A stretch of DNA of 64,000 nt from Candidatus Binatia bacterium (GTDB lineage: Bacteria; Desulfobacterota; Binatia; UBA9968; JAJDTQ01): NCBI GenBank assembly GCA_963666515.2, contig OY762897.2, forward strand, positions 2,304,001 to 2,368,000, read 5' to 3'. Shown piece after piece: positions 43,723 to 53,644 of the stretch; the stretch's first letter is position 1; every line of letters starts with the position of its first letter. The position numbers were made by a program, and so were the translations under genes. The notes under the pieces were generated by a model. That model worked only from the letters and a program-made list of their open reading frames with translations. It had not been told where the DNA came from and searched no databases.

Positions 43723-44508
43723 TTACTCTCCGCGCCACTGCGGCGCGCGCTTCTCCACAAAGGCCCGCGCGCCTTCCTTGACGTCCGAGGTGGTCCTGAG
43801 CAGCGCCGAGAGGTCGGTCTCCAGGCGCAGGCCGTCGTCCAGCGACATCTCGTAGCCCTGGCGCACGGCCTCCTTGGCGAACACCACCGCGATCGGCGCC
43901 TTGGTGGCGATGGCCCGGGCGTATTCCTCGGCCGCGGCCATGAGCTGGTCGCGCGGCACCACCTTGTTCACGAGGCCGATGCGGCAGGCTTCCTCGGCGT
44001 CGATGACGCGGCCGGTGATGATCAGCTCCAGTGCCTTGCCGAGTCCCACCACCCGCGAGAGACGCTGGGTGCCGCCGCTCCCCGGGATCATCCCGCGGGA
44101 GACCTCCGGCAGGCCCACCTTGGCGCCTTCCACCGCCACCCGGATGTCGCAGGCCAGCGCCAGCTCGCAGCCGCCGCCCAGGGCGAAGCCGTTGATGGCC
44201 GCGATCACCGGCTTGTTGAGCCGGGCGATCAGTTCGGTGTCGCCGACTTCCATCTTCGCCTGCCGCGCCGCCACCACGCCCACCTTCTCCTGGGCCGCCT
44301 CCTTGAGGTCCCGGCCGGCCGAGAACGACCGCTCTCCCGCGCCGGTGAGGATCACTACTCGCACCTCCGGGTCCGACCGAATCGCCGTCACCGCGTCGAT
44401 AAGCTCCTCCCGCATCTGCCGGTTGCGCGCGTTCAGCACCTCCGGGCGGTTCAACGTCACGTACGCGATGCCGTCCTTCCGCTCGAATATGATTGCTTTG
44501 TAGTCCAT
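43723..44508 (-). CDS. Enoyl-CoA hydratase/isomerase
   Basis: TLNRPEVLNA, FSAGRDL, KPVIAAINGFALGGGCELALACD, LPEV..PGSGGTQRL. Confidence 0.93.
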   Translation of the reverse strand: MDYKAIIFERKDGIAYVTLNRPEVLNARNRQMREELIDAVTAIRSDPEVRVVILTGAGERSFSAGRDLKEAAQEKVGVVAARQAKMEVGDTELIARLNKPVIAAINGFALGGGCELALACDIRVAVEGAKVGLPEVSRGMIPGSGGTQRLSRVVGLGKALELIITGRVIDAEEACRIGLVNKVVPRDQLMAAAEEYARAIATKAPIAVVFAKEAVRQGYEMSLDDGLRLETDLSALLRTTSDVKEGARAFVEKRAPQWRGE

Positions 44509-44552
44509 GCGTCTTATTTACTCCTTTCCGTCCCGTGAAAACAGCCGTACCG

Positions 44553-47015
44553 TCAGAACGCTCCGGCGGCCTCCAACGCGCGAATCTCCTCGTCGGTCAG
44601 TCCGAGCAAGCCGCTCAGGACCGTGTGGGTGTCCTGGCCCAGCAAGGGAGCGTGACGGCGAATCTCCCCCGGCGTCTCCGACAGCTTCATCACGATGCCC
44701 GGCAGCGTGAGCCGGCCCTGACGCGGATGCTCGTGCTCGACCACCGAGTCGCGAGAACGCAGGTGCGGGTCGTTGACGAGGGTGGTGCCGTCCGACACCA
44801 TCCCCGCGGTCACGCCGTGAGCCTGGAACGTCTCCATGACCTCGCGGGGACTCCGCTGCACGGTCCATTCGGACACCAGAGCGTCCAGATCCTCGGCGTT
44901 GGCCCGGCGCCCCGCCACGGTGGCGAAGCGCTCGTCTCTCAGCGTCCCGCCGTTTCCCGTCACCGCGCAGAAGCGTTGCCACTCCGCATCGTCTTCCACG
45001 GAGATGGCACACCACGCGTCATCGCCCCGGCACGGGTAACAGCCGTGGGGCGCGCCCGCGTAGCCGCGGTTCCCCATAGGCGCCGTGGCGCGTCCGTTGA
45101 CCAGCCCGTCCAGCAGCGCCGGTCCGATGAGCGACGCGGTGACCTCGCCCTGGGCGATGTCGATGAACTGCCCCTCCCCGCTGTTGGCGCGGTGATGCAA
45201 CGCGGCCATGAGCACGAAGGCCATGTGAATCGAGACGATGTAGTCGGGGTAGGAGGTCTGCGACCCCACCGGCGCGCCGCGGTCCGGGTGGTTCCACAGC
45301 CAGGTCATGCCGGAGAACGGCATCAGGCTGGGCCCCCAGGTCACGTAGTTCTTCCGCGGGCCGGTGGTGCCGAGTCCCTGGAGCCGGATCATGATGATGT
45401 CCGGCTTGAGCGCCCGAAGCTCCTCGTAGCCCAGCCCCAGACGGTCCATGACCCCGACGCTGAAGTTCTCCACCACCACGTCGCTCTCGGCGATGATGCG
45501 GCGCGCCACCTCCCTGCCCTCTTCGGTCTTGAGATTGGCGGTGACCGACAGCTTGTTGCGGTTGTGGTCGGCGAAGGGCAGCGACGCCTCCACGTCCTTG
45601 TTGCCCTCCCGGATGCGCCAGGTGTCCGGCCGGGTCCGGGACTCGATCTTGATCACCTCGGCGCCGAAGTAGGCAAGCTGCATGGTGCCGTAGGGGCCTG
45701 CGACCATGTGGGTGAAATCCGCGACGCGAATGCCGGCCAGGGGCAGAGCGCCCGGCGGCGCGCCGTTCCCCGCCGCGGCCGTGTCCCGGGCCGACGGCTC
45801 CGGCAGCCCGCGGGAGCCCGCCGGTCCGGCTCGATGCACATGCTCGTGCGCCGGTTTCTCCTCGTCAAGCAACTCCCGGTCGTGCTCTCCGACAGCCGGA
45901 GCGTGACGCCGGAACCGCCAGCTATCGGTCTTGTAGGCCCGGCCCGGGAATTCGATGGGACCCAACCGCGGGTGCACCGTATCGACGACGAAACCGCGGG
46001 ACTCGATGTGGCGGTCGCGCACGAACTCCAGCGGCGTGTTCACCGGCGCGCACGGGATGTGGCGGTCCTGCAACTCCTCGTAGACCTTTTCCTTGGGAAG
46101 CCCCGCCAGGATCCCCGACACCACCCGGTCCACCTCGGCGACGTGAGCGCGGCGGTAGACCGGATCGTTGAACTCGTCGCCGGTCAGCGCCTCCGGCAGC
46201 CCGAGCCAGTCCACGAAACGGCCCCAGGCTCCCGGCTGGGAGTTGGTGACGAAGATGTGCACGTAGCCGTCGCGGCAGCGGTAGATGGTGCCGGGTGTGG
46301 CGAAGCGGTGCTGGGTGCCGTCACGGCGGGGATGCACTCCGGTGGACGCCGAACGCGACACCATGTTCTCCATGGCCGCCAGGCAGTCCATCATGGAAAC
46401 GTCGATGTGCTGTCCGGCGCCGCGCTGCCGCACGCGCCACAGCGCCATGAGGATCGCCAGGGCGGCATGGGCGGAACCCACCAGGAAGGCCTGGGCGCCG
46501 GGCGCGTTCACCGGCGGCGCCGTCGGCTTGCCGCTGACGTACATGAGCCCGCCCATGGCGAACGCCACCAGGCCGGACCAGCGGTATCCGCTGTAGGGGC
46601 CAGTCTGGCCGAAGGCCGTGACCGACGCATAGAGCAGCCGCGGGTTGGCCGGCTTGAGATCCTCGTATCCCAATCCCATGTCTGCCAGCGTGCCGGGTAC
46701 GGCGCTCTCCACCACCACGTCCGCGGTCCGCGCCAGGCGCCGGACTCGCTCCCGGCCCGCCTCGGTGTCGAGGTCCACGGTGACGCTCTTCTTGTTGGCG
46801 TTGAAATAGAGGAAGGGAAGGCTCCGGTCCGGTCCCGGCCGGTCGTCCTTGAACGGGGGCTCGGCGCGCGAAGGACTGCCTTCGGGCGGCTCCACCTTGA
46901 TCACCTCGGCGCCGAAGTCCGCCAGGAGCTTGCCGCAGTACTCGCCCTCGGCGCCCGCCAGTTCCAGGACCCTGACGCCGTTCAGCGCCTGCGGTGCGGT
47001 ACGCTGCTCCGCCAT
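44553..47015 (-). CDS. Family III (CaiB/BaiF) CoA-transferase with two fused domains
   Basis: Two repeats: LNGVRVLEL..GAEVIKVEPP..NANKKS and LAGIRVADF..GAEVIKIE..NRNKLS..APLLGQDT. Confidence 0.9.
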   Translation of the reverse strand: MAEQRTAPQALNGVRVLELAGAEGEYCGKLLADFGAEVIKVEPPEGSPSRAEPPFKDDRPGPDRSLPFLYFNANKKSVTVDLDTEAGRERVRRLARTADVVVESAVPGTLADMGLGYEDLKPANPRLLYASVTAFGQTGPYSGYRWSGLVAFAMGGLMYVSGKPTAPPVNAPGAQAFLVGSAHAALAILMALWRVRQRGAGQHIDVSMMDCLAAMENMVSRSASTGVHPRRDGTQHRFATPGTIYRCRDGYVHIFVTNSQPGAWGRFVDWLGLPEALTGDEFNDPVYRRAHVAEVDRVVSGILAGLPKEKVYEELQDRHIPCAPVNTPLEFVRDRHIESRGFVVDTVHPRLGPIEFPGRAYKTDSWRFRRHAPAVGEHDRELLDEEKPAHEHVHRAGPAGSRGLPEPSARDTAAAGNGAPPGALPLAGIRVADFTHMVAGPYGTMQLAYFGAEVIKIESRTRPDTWRIREGNKDVEASLPFADHNRNKLSVTANLKTEEGREVARRIIAESDVVVENFSVGVMDRLGLGYEELRALKPDIIMIRLQGLGTTGPRKNYVTWGPSLMPFSGMTWLWNHPDRGAPVGSQTSYPDYIVSIHMAFVLMAALHHRANSGEGQFIDIAQGEVTASLIGPALLDGLVNGRATAPMGNRGYAGAPHGCYPCRGDDAWCAISVEDDAEWQRFCAVTGNGGTLRDERFATVAGRRANAEDLDALVSEWTVQRSPREVMETFQAHGVTAGMVSDGTTLVNDPHLRSRDSVVEHEHPRQGRLTLPGIVMKLSETPGEIRRHAPLLGQDTHTVLSGLLGLTDEEIRALEAAGAF

Positions 47016-47039
47016 CGATTCAACCCTTCCAGACTGACC

Positions 47040-47146
47040 GCGTCCTTCGACTTCGCGACGCTTCACGTCGCTACGCTCAGGACGAACGGATGTGGTAGCC
47101 TTTTCTCCGTTCGTCCTGAGCGTAGCGGAGCGAAGTCGAAGGACGC
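47040..47146. repeat. Inverted doublet of the TTCGAC REP-like family
   Basis: GCGTCCTTCGACTTCGC..CTACGCTCAGGACGAACGGA spacer TCCGTTCGTCCTGAGCGTAG..GAAGTCGAAGGACGC. Confidence 0.85.
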
Positions 47147-47181
47147 CATTTCGCTGGTCTTGGAAATTCTCGGACAGGTTC

Positions 47182-48303
47182 CTAGCCGCGCCGGTCGAGC
47201 GGCTGGAACTCCAGGCCCGTGGCCCCCACGTAACGCGAGTTGGGACGGAACAGGCGGTTGTTGTCGATCTGCTCGATGATGTGCGCCGACCAGCCAACCA
47301 CCCGGCTCATGGCGAAGATGGGGGTGTTGAGGGCGATGGGAATCTTCATCATGTGGTAGATGGGCGCGGCGTAGAAGTCCACGTTGGGGCACAGGTTCTT
47401 CTCCCGCCACATCACCTCCTCGACGGTGATGCAGATGTCGCTCAGCCGGGTGTCGTCGAGCTGCTTGCCGAGCAGCGCGCCCCACTTCTTGGCCACCACC
47501 ACGCGTGAATCCGCGGTCTTGTAGATGCGGTGGCCGAATCCCATCACGCGCTTCTTCTGCCGCAGGCTCTCCTCCACCCAGGCCTCGGCCCGGTCGGGCT
47601 CGCCGATCTCCAGGATGACGTCCATGGCCTTCTCGTTAGCGCCGCCGTGGAGCGGCCCCTTGAGGGCGGCGATGGCGCCCACCACCGCGCCGTACAGGTC
47701 CGCCAGCGTGGAAGCGATCACCCGGGCGGTGAACGTCGAGGCGTTGAACTCGTGCTCCATGTAGAGGATCAGCGTCACCTCCAGCACCCTGGCCTCGAAC
47801 TCGTCCGGCCGCTCGCCGCGCAGCATGTAGAGGAAGTTGGCCGCGTGGTTGAGCCCGGGGTCCGGCGCAACCACATCGAGCCCCTGGGAGAGCCGGTGCA
47901 GCGCCGCCACCACGGTGGCCAGCCGCGCCAGCAGCCGGGTGGCCTTCCTCAGGTTGGCGTCGCGGGAGTCGTCTCCGGCGTCCGGGTCGTAGAGCGCCAG
48001 CGTCGATACGGCGGTGCGCAGGGCGTCCATGGGGACCGCGTCCGACGGGAGCAGCTCGAGACTCTCCACCACGCCCGGCGGCAGCGCCCGTTGCGAGCGC
48101 AGCTCCTTGTCGAACGCTTCCAGCTCGGCACGGGTGGGAAGCCTGCCGAACAACACGAGGTAGGCCACCTCCTCGAAGCTCGCCTGCTCGGCCAGGTCGT
48201 GCACGTCGTAGCCGCGGTAGACCAACTCGCCCTCCGGGCGCACCGAACAGATGGCCGTCTCGCCGGCCACCACCCCCTCCAGACCGGGCTTTACCTCTGA
48301 CAT
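47182..48303 (-). CDS. Citrate synthase / 2-methylcitrate synthase
   Basis: GLEGV, YRGY, EHEFNASTF, KGPLHGGANE, MGFGHRIY, PNVDFY; AAGGAGG RBS. Confidence 0.92.
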   Translation of the reverse strand: MSEVKPGLEGVVAGETAICSVRPEGELVYRGYDVHDLAEQASFEEVAYLVLFGRLPTRAELEAFDKELRSQRALPPGVVESLELLPSDAVPMDALRTAVSTLALYDPDAGDDSRDANLRKATRLLARLATVVAALHRLSQGLDVVAPDPGLNHAANFLYMLRGERPDEFEARVLEVTLILYMEHEFNASTFTARVIASTLADLYGAVVGAIAALKGPLHGGANEKAMDVILEIGEPDRAEAWVEESLRQKKRVMGFGHRIYKTADSRVVVAKKWGALLGKQLDDTRLSDICITVEEVMWREKNLCPNVDFYAAPIYHMMKIPIALNTPIFAMSRVVGWSAHIIEQIDNNRLFRPNSRYVGATGLEFQPLDRRG

Positions 48304-48467
48304 GAGTGCCTCCTTGAACGGCGCCGCTCGACGGCGCCCCGAATTCTCCCGGCAAGCACTACCGGACAATTACTTCAATAAAGAACGGCGTTCAACCGAG
48401 GTCAACCGGCCCTGCGAGTTCCGGCCCGGCACCCGGCAAGAAGCCGCAACGACGGAAAAGCCGCGCA

Positions 48468-49607
48468 TCAAACAGCCCCGGCCTTGCGCAGTTCCCGTAT
48501 CTGGGCAGAGGTGTAGCCGAGCGCCTTGAGAACTGCGCTGGTGTGCTGGCCCACGCGGCAGACCTTCCCTCCGGGCTTCCGCGCCCCGGCGAACCAGAAC
48601 GGCGGCGTGAACTCGACGGCGCCGGTGCTCTTGCTTGGGGCCAGCGTCTTGCGGAAACGGACGTGGGGATCCTCCAGCACCTCCTCGGGCTCGTAGACCG
48701 GCGCCGCCGAAAGACGGTAGTCGTTGCGGAGAACCTTCACCCAGTGGTCGCGGGGCCGGGTCTTGAAGACGCGGCGCATGGCCGCCTTGATCCTGGGCGT
48801 CTTGACCGGGTCCACGACCGAGTCCACGTACCGTTCCAGTCCCAGAGCCTTGCACAGGAGAGCCCATTCCTTGGGCCCCAGGGCCGCCAGCGACACGAAC
48901 CCGCCGTCCGCGGCCGCGTAGGTGTCGTAGCAGGCTGCGGTGCCCGCCAGTGTGGCGTGCTCGCGCTTGACCACCGGCCGGGAGCGCCGGGGCGGCGGCT
49001 CCAGCATCAGGTAGCGCGCCACCATGAGCAGGGTCCAGTCGAACATGGAGATGTCGATGTAGCGTCCCTCTCCGTCCCGGAGCACCGCGATATAGGCGGC
49101 GAGGATGGCGGCGAAGGCCGGATATCCGCCGCCGGCCACGTCGGCCACCTGGGCCGCGGGCGGCAGCGGCCTTCGCCCGGCCTCCCGGCCGATGCCGAGC
49201 ATTCCGCTCAACGCCAGGAAGTTGATGTCGTGAGCCGAATACTCCACTGACGGGCCGGATTGGCCGAAGCTCGATATGGAGCAGTACACGAGTTTGGGGT
49301 TCAGCTCCCGGAGCGTCTCGTAGTCCACCCGCAGCCGTCGCGCCACACCGGGCCGGAAACCTTCCAGCACGATGTCGGACGCCTTCGCCAGCTTGTAAAG
49401 GACCTCCAGCCCCGCGTCGGTCTTGAGGTTGAGAGCGATGCTCTTCTTGCCCTGGTTGAGGAAAGGCGCTCCCGTGCGCACCGCCCCCGGCGCCTCCACC
49501 TTGAGGATCTCCGCCCCCAGCGCCGCCAGCAGCCACGTGCACAGCGTGCCCGGGTACATGTGGCTCAGGTCCAGGACCTTGACACCGTGTAAAATCGGTT
49601 TGGACAT
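48468..49607 (-). CDS. Family III (CaiB/BaiF) CoA-transferase / acyl-CoA racemase-like
   Basis: GVKVLDLS..PG..GAEILKVE, NQGKKS, EGFRPGV, SFGQSGP, AHDINF. Confidence 0.88.
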   Translation of the reverse strand: MSKPILHGVKVLDLSHMYPGTLCTWLLAALGAEILKVEAPGAVRTGAPFLNQGKKSIALNLKTDAGLEVLYKLAKASDIVLEGFRPGVARRLRVDYETLRELNPKLVYCSISSFGQSGPSVEYSAHDINFLALSGMLGIGREAGRRPLPPAAQVADVAGGGYPAFAAILAAYIAVLRDGEGRYIDISMFDWTLLMVARYLMLEPPPRRSRPVVKREHATLAGTAACYDTYAAADGGFVSLAALGPKEWALLCKALGLERYVDSVVDPVKTPRIKAAMRRVFKTRPRDHWVKVLRNDYRLSAAPVYEPEEVLEDPHVRFRKTLAPSKSTGAVEFTPPFWFAGARKPGGKVCRVGQHTSAVLKALGYTSAQIRELRKAGAV

Positions 49608-49701
49608 GCGGCCTCCGTGGTTCGTCAGGCATTGATAGAAACACGGGTAGTGACGTTCGACAAGCAGCGGCGCCGCCTCGACTCTCCCACCGGCGTCGTT
49701 G

Positions 49702-49730
49702 TTGAAAAGGCCTGCTGACTGGTCTATCGT
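49702..49730 (+). promoter_or_regulatory. Putative sigma-70 promoter of the Bug-thiolase-radical SAM operon
   Basis: TTGAAA-N17-TATCGT. Confidence 0.45.
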
Positions 49731-49779
49731 ACCCTCCGTAAATCGGGTGAGATATGTCTATCCAACAAGGAGAACTATC

Positions 49780-50823
49780 ATGTTTCAACGAATGGCATGG
49801 ATCGGGCTCATCATGGCCGCACTGCTGGCGTCCGCAAGCGCCGCGGCGGCCACGTCGTTCTACGAAGGCAAGACGGTCAAGATCGTGTCCGTGCACTCCC
49901 CGGGCGGCGGCTACGACACCTACTCCCGCCTCTTCGCCCGGCACCTGGGCAACCACATACCCGGGAAGCCCAAGGTCATCGTCATCAACATACCCGGCGG
50001 CAGCGGGCTCGTCGGCACGAACTACGTGTTCAACGTAACGAAGCCGGACGGCCTCACCCTCGTCCAGCCGAGCTGGAACCTGGCGCAGGCGCAGTTCCTG
50101 AACTTCCCCGGGATCAAGTACGACGTGAACAAGTTCATCTGGCTGGGACTGGCCAACGCCGGCCCGGTCACCGCGGTGGTGCGCAAGGGCTCGCCGATCC
50201 AGAGCATGGACGACTGGCTGAATCCCAAGACGAAAACGCTGATCTTCGGCTGCACGTCGCGCAACAGCCCCACCTGCAGCATCCCCCTTGCCATGAACGA
50301 CATCTTCGGCCCCACCACGTCCAAGATCGTCGCCGGCTACAAGGGCACCGCGCCCATCCGGGCCGCGCTCCTGCAGAAAGAAGTGGACGCCCTCACGGGG
50401 TGGAGCTGGGACTCGGTGAAGTCCACCGGCATGTCCATGATCGACGACGGCGAGGCCAAGATCATCGCCTACCTCGGCGAGGAACGCCATGCGGAGTTGG
50501 AGGAGCGGAAGGTGCCGTACCTGAACCCCAGGATCACCAAGGCGGCCGACATCGCGTTCATGAAGGTGCTGATGCTGCCGGCGGCCATGCTGCGACCCTG
50601 GGCGCTGCCTCCGGGGACTCCGAAGGACAAGGTCCAGACCATGCAGGCCGCGTTCAACAACACGCTCAAGGACCCCGGCTTCCTGAAGGACGCCAAGCGC
50701 ACACGGCTGGACATCAACCCCAAGAGCGGCGAGTACCTCGTGAACCTCATGAACGACATGAAGAAGCGCATGACGCCGGAGATCACCAGCCGGGCGCGGA
50801 AGATCATCGGCCTGGACAAGTAG
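49780..50823 (+). CDS. Bug/TctC substrate-binding protein (tandem copy 1)
   Basis: Signal peptide; FYEGKTV..SPGGGYDTYSR..IPG.P..NIPGGSG..KPDGLT; AAGGAG RBS. Confidence 0.88.
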   Translation: MFQRMAWIGLIMAALLASASAAAATSFYEGKTVKIVSVHSPGGGYDTYSRLFARHLGNHIPGKPKVIVINIPGGSGLVGTNYVFNVTKPDGLTLVQPSWNLAQAQFLNFPGIKYDVNKFIWLGLANAGPVTAVVRKGSPIQSMDDWLNPKTKTLIFGCTSRNSPTCSIPLAMNDIFGPTTSKIVAGYKGTAPIRAALLQKEVDALTGWSWDSVKSTGMSMIDDGEAKIIAYLGEERHAELEERKVPYLNPRITKAADIAFMKVLMLPAAMLRPWALPPGTPKDKVQTMQAAFNNTLKDPGFLKDAKRTRLDINPKSGEYLVNLMNDMKKRMTPEITSRARKIIGLDK

Positions 50824-50887
50824 CCGGGCGTTAAACAGTATTCGGCTGGCAACGATATTCGGACTGGAGAAACAGGAGGCTATCAAC

Positions 50888-51928
50888 ATGTTCCTGCGAC
50901 GAATGTTCATGGGCCTCGTCGTGGCCGTCATGGCGGCCGGTGGCGGGGCCGCCGGGGCCGCGTCCTTCTACGAGGGCAAGACGGTCAAGATCATCTCGGT
51001 TAGCTCCCCGGGAGGCGGTTACGACACCTACTCGCGGCTGTTCGCGCGTCACTTGGGGAAGCATATCCCGGGCAAGCCCAACGTCATCGTCATCAACATC
51101 CCCGGCGGCAGCGGGCTCATCGGCACCAACTACGTGTACAACATCACCAAGCGGGACGGCCTTGCCCTCGTGCACCCCACCTGGACCGTGGCGCAGGCCC
51201 AGTTCCTGAACTTTCCGGGGATCCGGTACGACGTCAACCAGTTCATCTGGCTGGGGCTCGCCAATACCAGCCCCATCACCGTGGCGGTGCGCAAGGGCTC
51301 GCCCATCCAGAGCATGGACCAGTGGCTCGACACCAAGACCGAGCCGTTGATCTTCGGCTGCACCGCGCGCAACAGCCTGACCTGCAGCATTCCCCTGGCC
51401 ATGAACGACATCTTCGGCAACACCTCCAAGATCGTCCCCGGCTACAAGGGGACGGCGCCGGTGCGCGCGGGGCTGCTGCAGAAGGAGGTGGACGCCCTCA
51501 CCGGATGGACCTGGGACTCGGTGAAGTCCACCGGCATGTCCATGCTCCAGGAGGGCTCCATCAAGCTCATCACCTACATCAGCGAGGAAAGTCACCCCGA
51601 GCTTGAAGCGCGTAACGTGCCGCTCCTGAACGAGAGGATCACCAAGCCCGCGGACGTGGCTTTCATGAAGGTCCTGCTCCTTCCGGCCGCCATGGTGCGT
51701 CCCTGGGCGTTGCCGCCGAAGACCCCGAAGGACAGGGTGGCCATCCTGCGCAAAGCCTTCGACGACATCCTGAAGGATCCCGCATTCCTGAAGGACGCCA
51801 AGCGGGCGCGGCTCGACATCAACCCCAGGAGCGGCGAGTACCTTGCGGGCCTCATCGCCGACATGAAGAAGCAGATGACGCCGGAAGTGGTGAGCCGCGC
51901 GCGCCGGATCGTCGGGCTGGACAAATAG
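50888..51928 (+). CDS. Bug/TctC substrate-binding protein (tandem copy 2)
   Basis: Colinear close paralogue of 49780..50823. Confidence 0.88.
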   Translation: MFLRRMFMGLVVAVMAAGGGAAGAASFYEGKTVKIISVSSPGGGYDTYSRLFARHLGKHIPGKPNVIVINIPGGSGLIGTNYVYNITKRDGLALVHPTWTVAQAQFLNFPGIRYDVNQFIWLGLANTSPITVAVRKGSPIQSMDQWLDTKTEPLIFGCTARNSLTCSIPLAMNDIFGNTSKIVPGYKGTAPVRAGLLQKEVDALTGWTWDSVKSTGMSMLQEGSIKLITYISEESHPELEARNVPLLNERITKPADVAFMKVLLLPAAMVRPWALPPKTPKDRVAILRKAFDDILKDPAFLKDAKRARLDINPRSGEYLAGLIADMKKQMTPEVVSRARRIVGLDK

Positions 51929-52007
51929 GACCGTTCGAGCAGAGCTTGTGACCGATCCCGGCGGGCCCTGGCACATGGCCGGCAGCCGCCGGGGCAAGGA
52001 GGCAGAC

Positions 52008-53162
52008 ATGTCGAACCTTTCGGGCAAATACGCCGTCGTCGGCGTAGGCGAGACCAGGGTGGGCAAGCGGCCCGAAGCCACCACCAACTCGCTGCACGTA
52101 GAGGCCATCCGCCTGTGCCTGGAAGACGCCGGAGTCGACGCGTCCCAGGTGGACGGGTTGCTCACCAACCAGCCGCTCACCGACGCGCACCGGAGCTACG
52201 CGGTGCGGCTGGCGCACATGGCGGGAATCGATCCCAGCTACGCCACCGACCTGGCGCTGGGGGGCGCGACGCCCATCGCCATGATCCAGAACGCGGTGAT
52301 GGCCATCGAGGCCGGCATGTGCAACTACGTGGTGTGCGTGCACGCGCGCAAGCGGGCGACGCCGGACCCCACGCCCGGATACCCCATCCGCAGCGGCGAC
52401 GAGCACTGGGAGCAGCCCTGGGGCCATTTCTCCGCGGTGGCCAACCACGCGTTCGCGGCCACGCGCCACATGCACGAGTTCGGCACCACCAGCGAGGACC
52501 TGGGGCAGATCGCGGTATCCACGCGCAAGCACGCGTGCATGAACGGGAACGCCACCATGCAGAAGCCCATGACCATCGAGGACCACCAGGCCTCGCGCCT
52601 GATCGTGGAGCCGCTGCACCTGTTCGACTGCTCGCTGGAGTCGGACGGCGGCGCCGCCATGCTGGTCACGAGCATGGAGCGGGCCAGGGACCTGCCGAAG
52701 AAGCCGGTGCAGGTGCTGGGCATGGGACAGCACCACCCGCACTCCAGCGTCATGGACGCGCCCACCCTCACCACCCTGGGGAGCCGGAAGTCGTCGGAGG
52801 CGGCCTACCGCATGGCCGGGCTCACACCCAAGGACATGGACTTCGCCGAGTTCTACGACTGCTTCACCATCACCACGCTGATCACCATCGAGGACTACGG
52901 CTTCTGCGGCAAGGGCGAGGGCAAGGACTTCATCAAGGACGGGCGCATCGAGGTGGGCGGCGAGATCCCCGTGAATACCCACGGCGGTCTGCTGTCCCAG
53001 GCGCATCTGGAAGGCATCATGCACGTCACCGAGGGGGTCAAACAGTTGCGGGGCAACGAGGTGGAGCCCGAGCGGCAGGTGCAGGGCGCGAAAGCGGGCG
53101 TCATCAGCGGGCACGGCGGCAGCCTGTGCATGCACGCATCACTCGTACTGGGGGTACAATGA
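52008..53162 (+). CDS. Thiolase-superfamily protein (SCP2/Ltp2-like)
   Basis: AVVGVGET, DCSLESDGGAA, EFYDCFT, NTHGGLLSQAH; AAGGAGG RBS. Confidence 0.88.
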   Translation: MSNLSGKYAVVGVGETRVGKRPEATTNSLHVEAIRLCLEDAGVDASQVDGLLTNQPLTDAHRSYAVRLAHMAGIDPSYATDLALGGATPIAMIQNAVMAIEAGMCNYVVCVHARKRATPDPTPGYPIRSGDEHWEQPWGHFSAVANHAFAATRHMHEFGTTSEDLGQIAVSTRKHACMNGNATMQKPMTIEDHQASRLIVEPLHLFDCSLESDGGAAMLVTSMERARDLPKKPVQVLGMGQHHPHSSVMDAPTLTTLGSRKSSEAAYRMAGLTPKDMDFAEFYDCFTITTLITIEDYGFCGKGEGKDFIKDGRIEVGGEIPVNTHGGLLSQAHLEGIMHVTEGVKQLRGNEVEPERQVQGAKAGVISGHGGSLCMHASLVLGVQ

Positions 53163-53602
53163 GCAAAACAGAAACACACGACAAGCGCGGGCGCGCGGCG
53201 CCGCGCAACGAACCTTTTCTAGCGGAGGTGGAGGCCAAGCCCTTCTGGGACAACCTGAAGGAGCACAAGCTCACGGTGCAGCAGTGCAATGCCTGCCAGA
53301 CGTACTTCAACTTCCCGCCCCAGGCGCTCTGCGCAAAGTGCCTGTCTCCGGACAACCAATGGGTGCCGGTGAGCGGCAAGGGCACGGTCTATTCCTTCGT
53401 CACGTATCACCGGGCGTGGCATCCGGCGTACCAGGACAAGATCCCGTACAACGTCTCGCTCGTGGACCTCGACGAAGGGCCGCGGCTGGTGAGCAACGTC
53501 ATCGACATCCCGCCGGATGAGGTGAAGGTGGGGATGGCGGTGGAGGTGGTGTACGAGGACCACGAGGAGTTCACGCTGCCGAAGTTCAAGCCGAGCGCGT
53601 AG
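53159..53602 (+). CDS. Zn-ribbon/OB-fold DUF35 (ChsH2-like) protein
   Basis: PFW..QQCNAC..FPPQALCAKC..SGKGTVYSF..PY..VDLDEGPRLVSN; ATGA overlap with thiolase. Confidence 0.9.
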   Translation: MSKTETHDKRGRAAPRNEPFLAEVEAKPFWDNLKEHKLTVQQCNACQTYFNFPPQALCAKCLSPDNQWVPVSGKGTVYSFVTYHRAWHPAYQDKIPYNVSLVDLDEGPRLVSNVIDIPPDEVKVGMAVEVVYEDHEEFTLPKFKPSA

Positions 53603-53644
53603 GCAGATCGGTACCCATCAATGACGGTCTCGAAGGAGTGACAG

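Noticed and set aside
41839-47146. TTCGAC-containing hairpins as tRNA fragments
   Set aside because: No cloverleaf, anticodon arm or CCA; they are members of an inverted repeat family.
44553-47297. N-terminal extension of the double CaiB ORF across the repeat doublet
   Set aside because: The extension merely reads through the REP-like element; homology starts at MAEQ (47015).
51969-51983. TGGCACATGGCCGGC as a sigma-54 site before the thiolase
   Set aside because: Lacks the TT before GC and lies in a short GC-rich intra-operon gap; could be chance.
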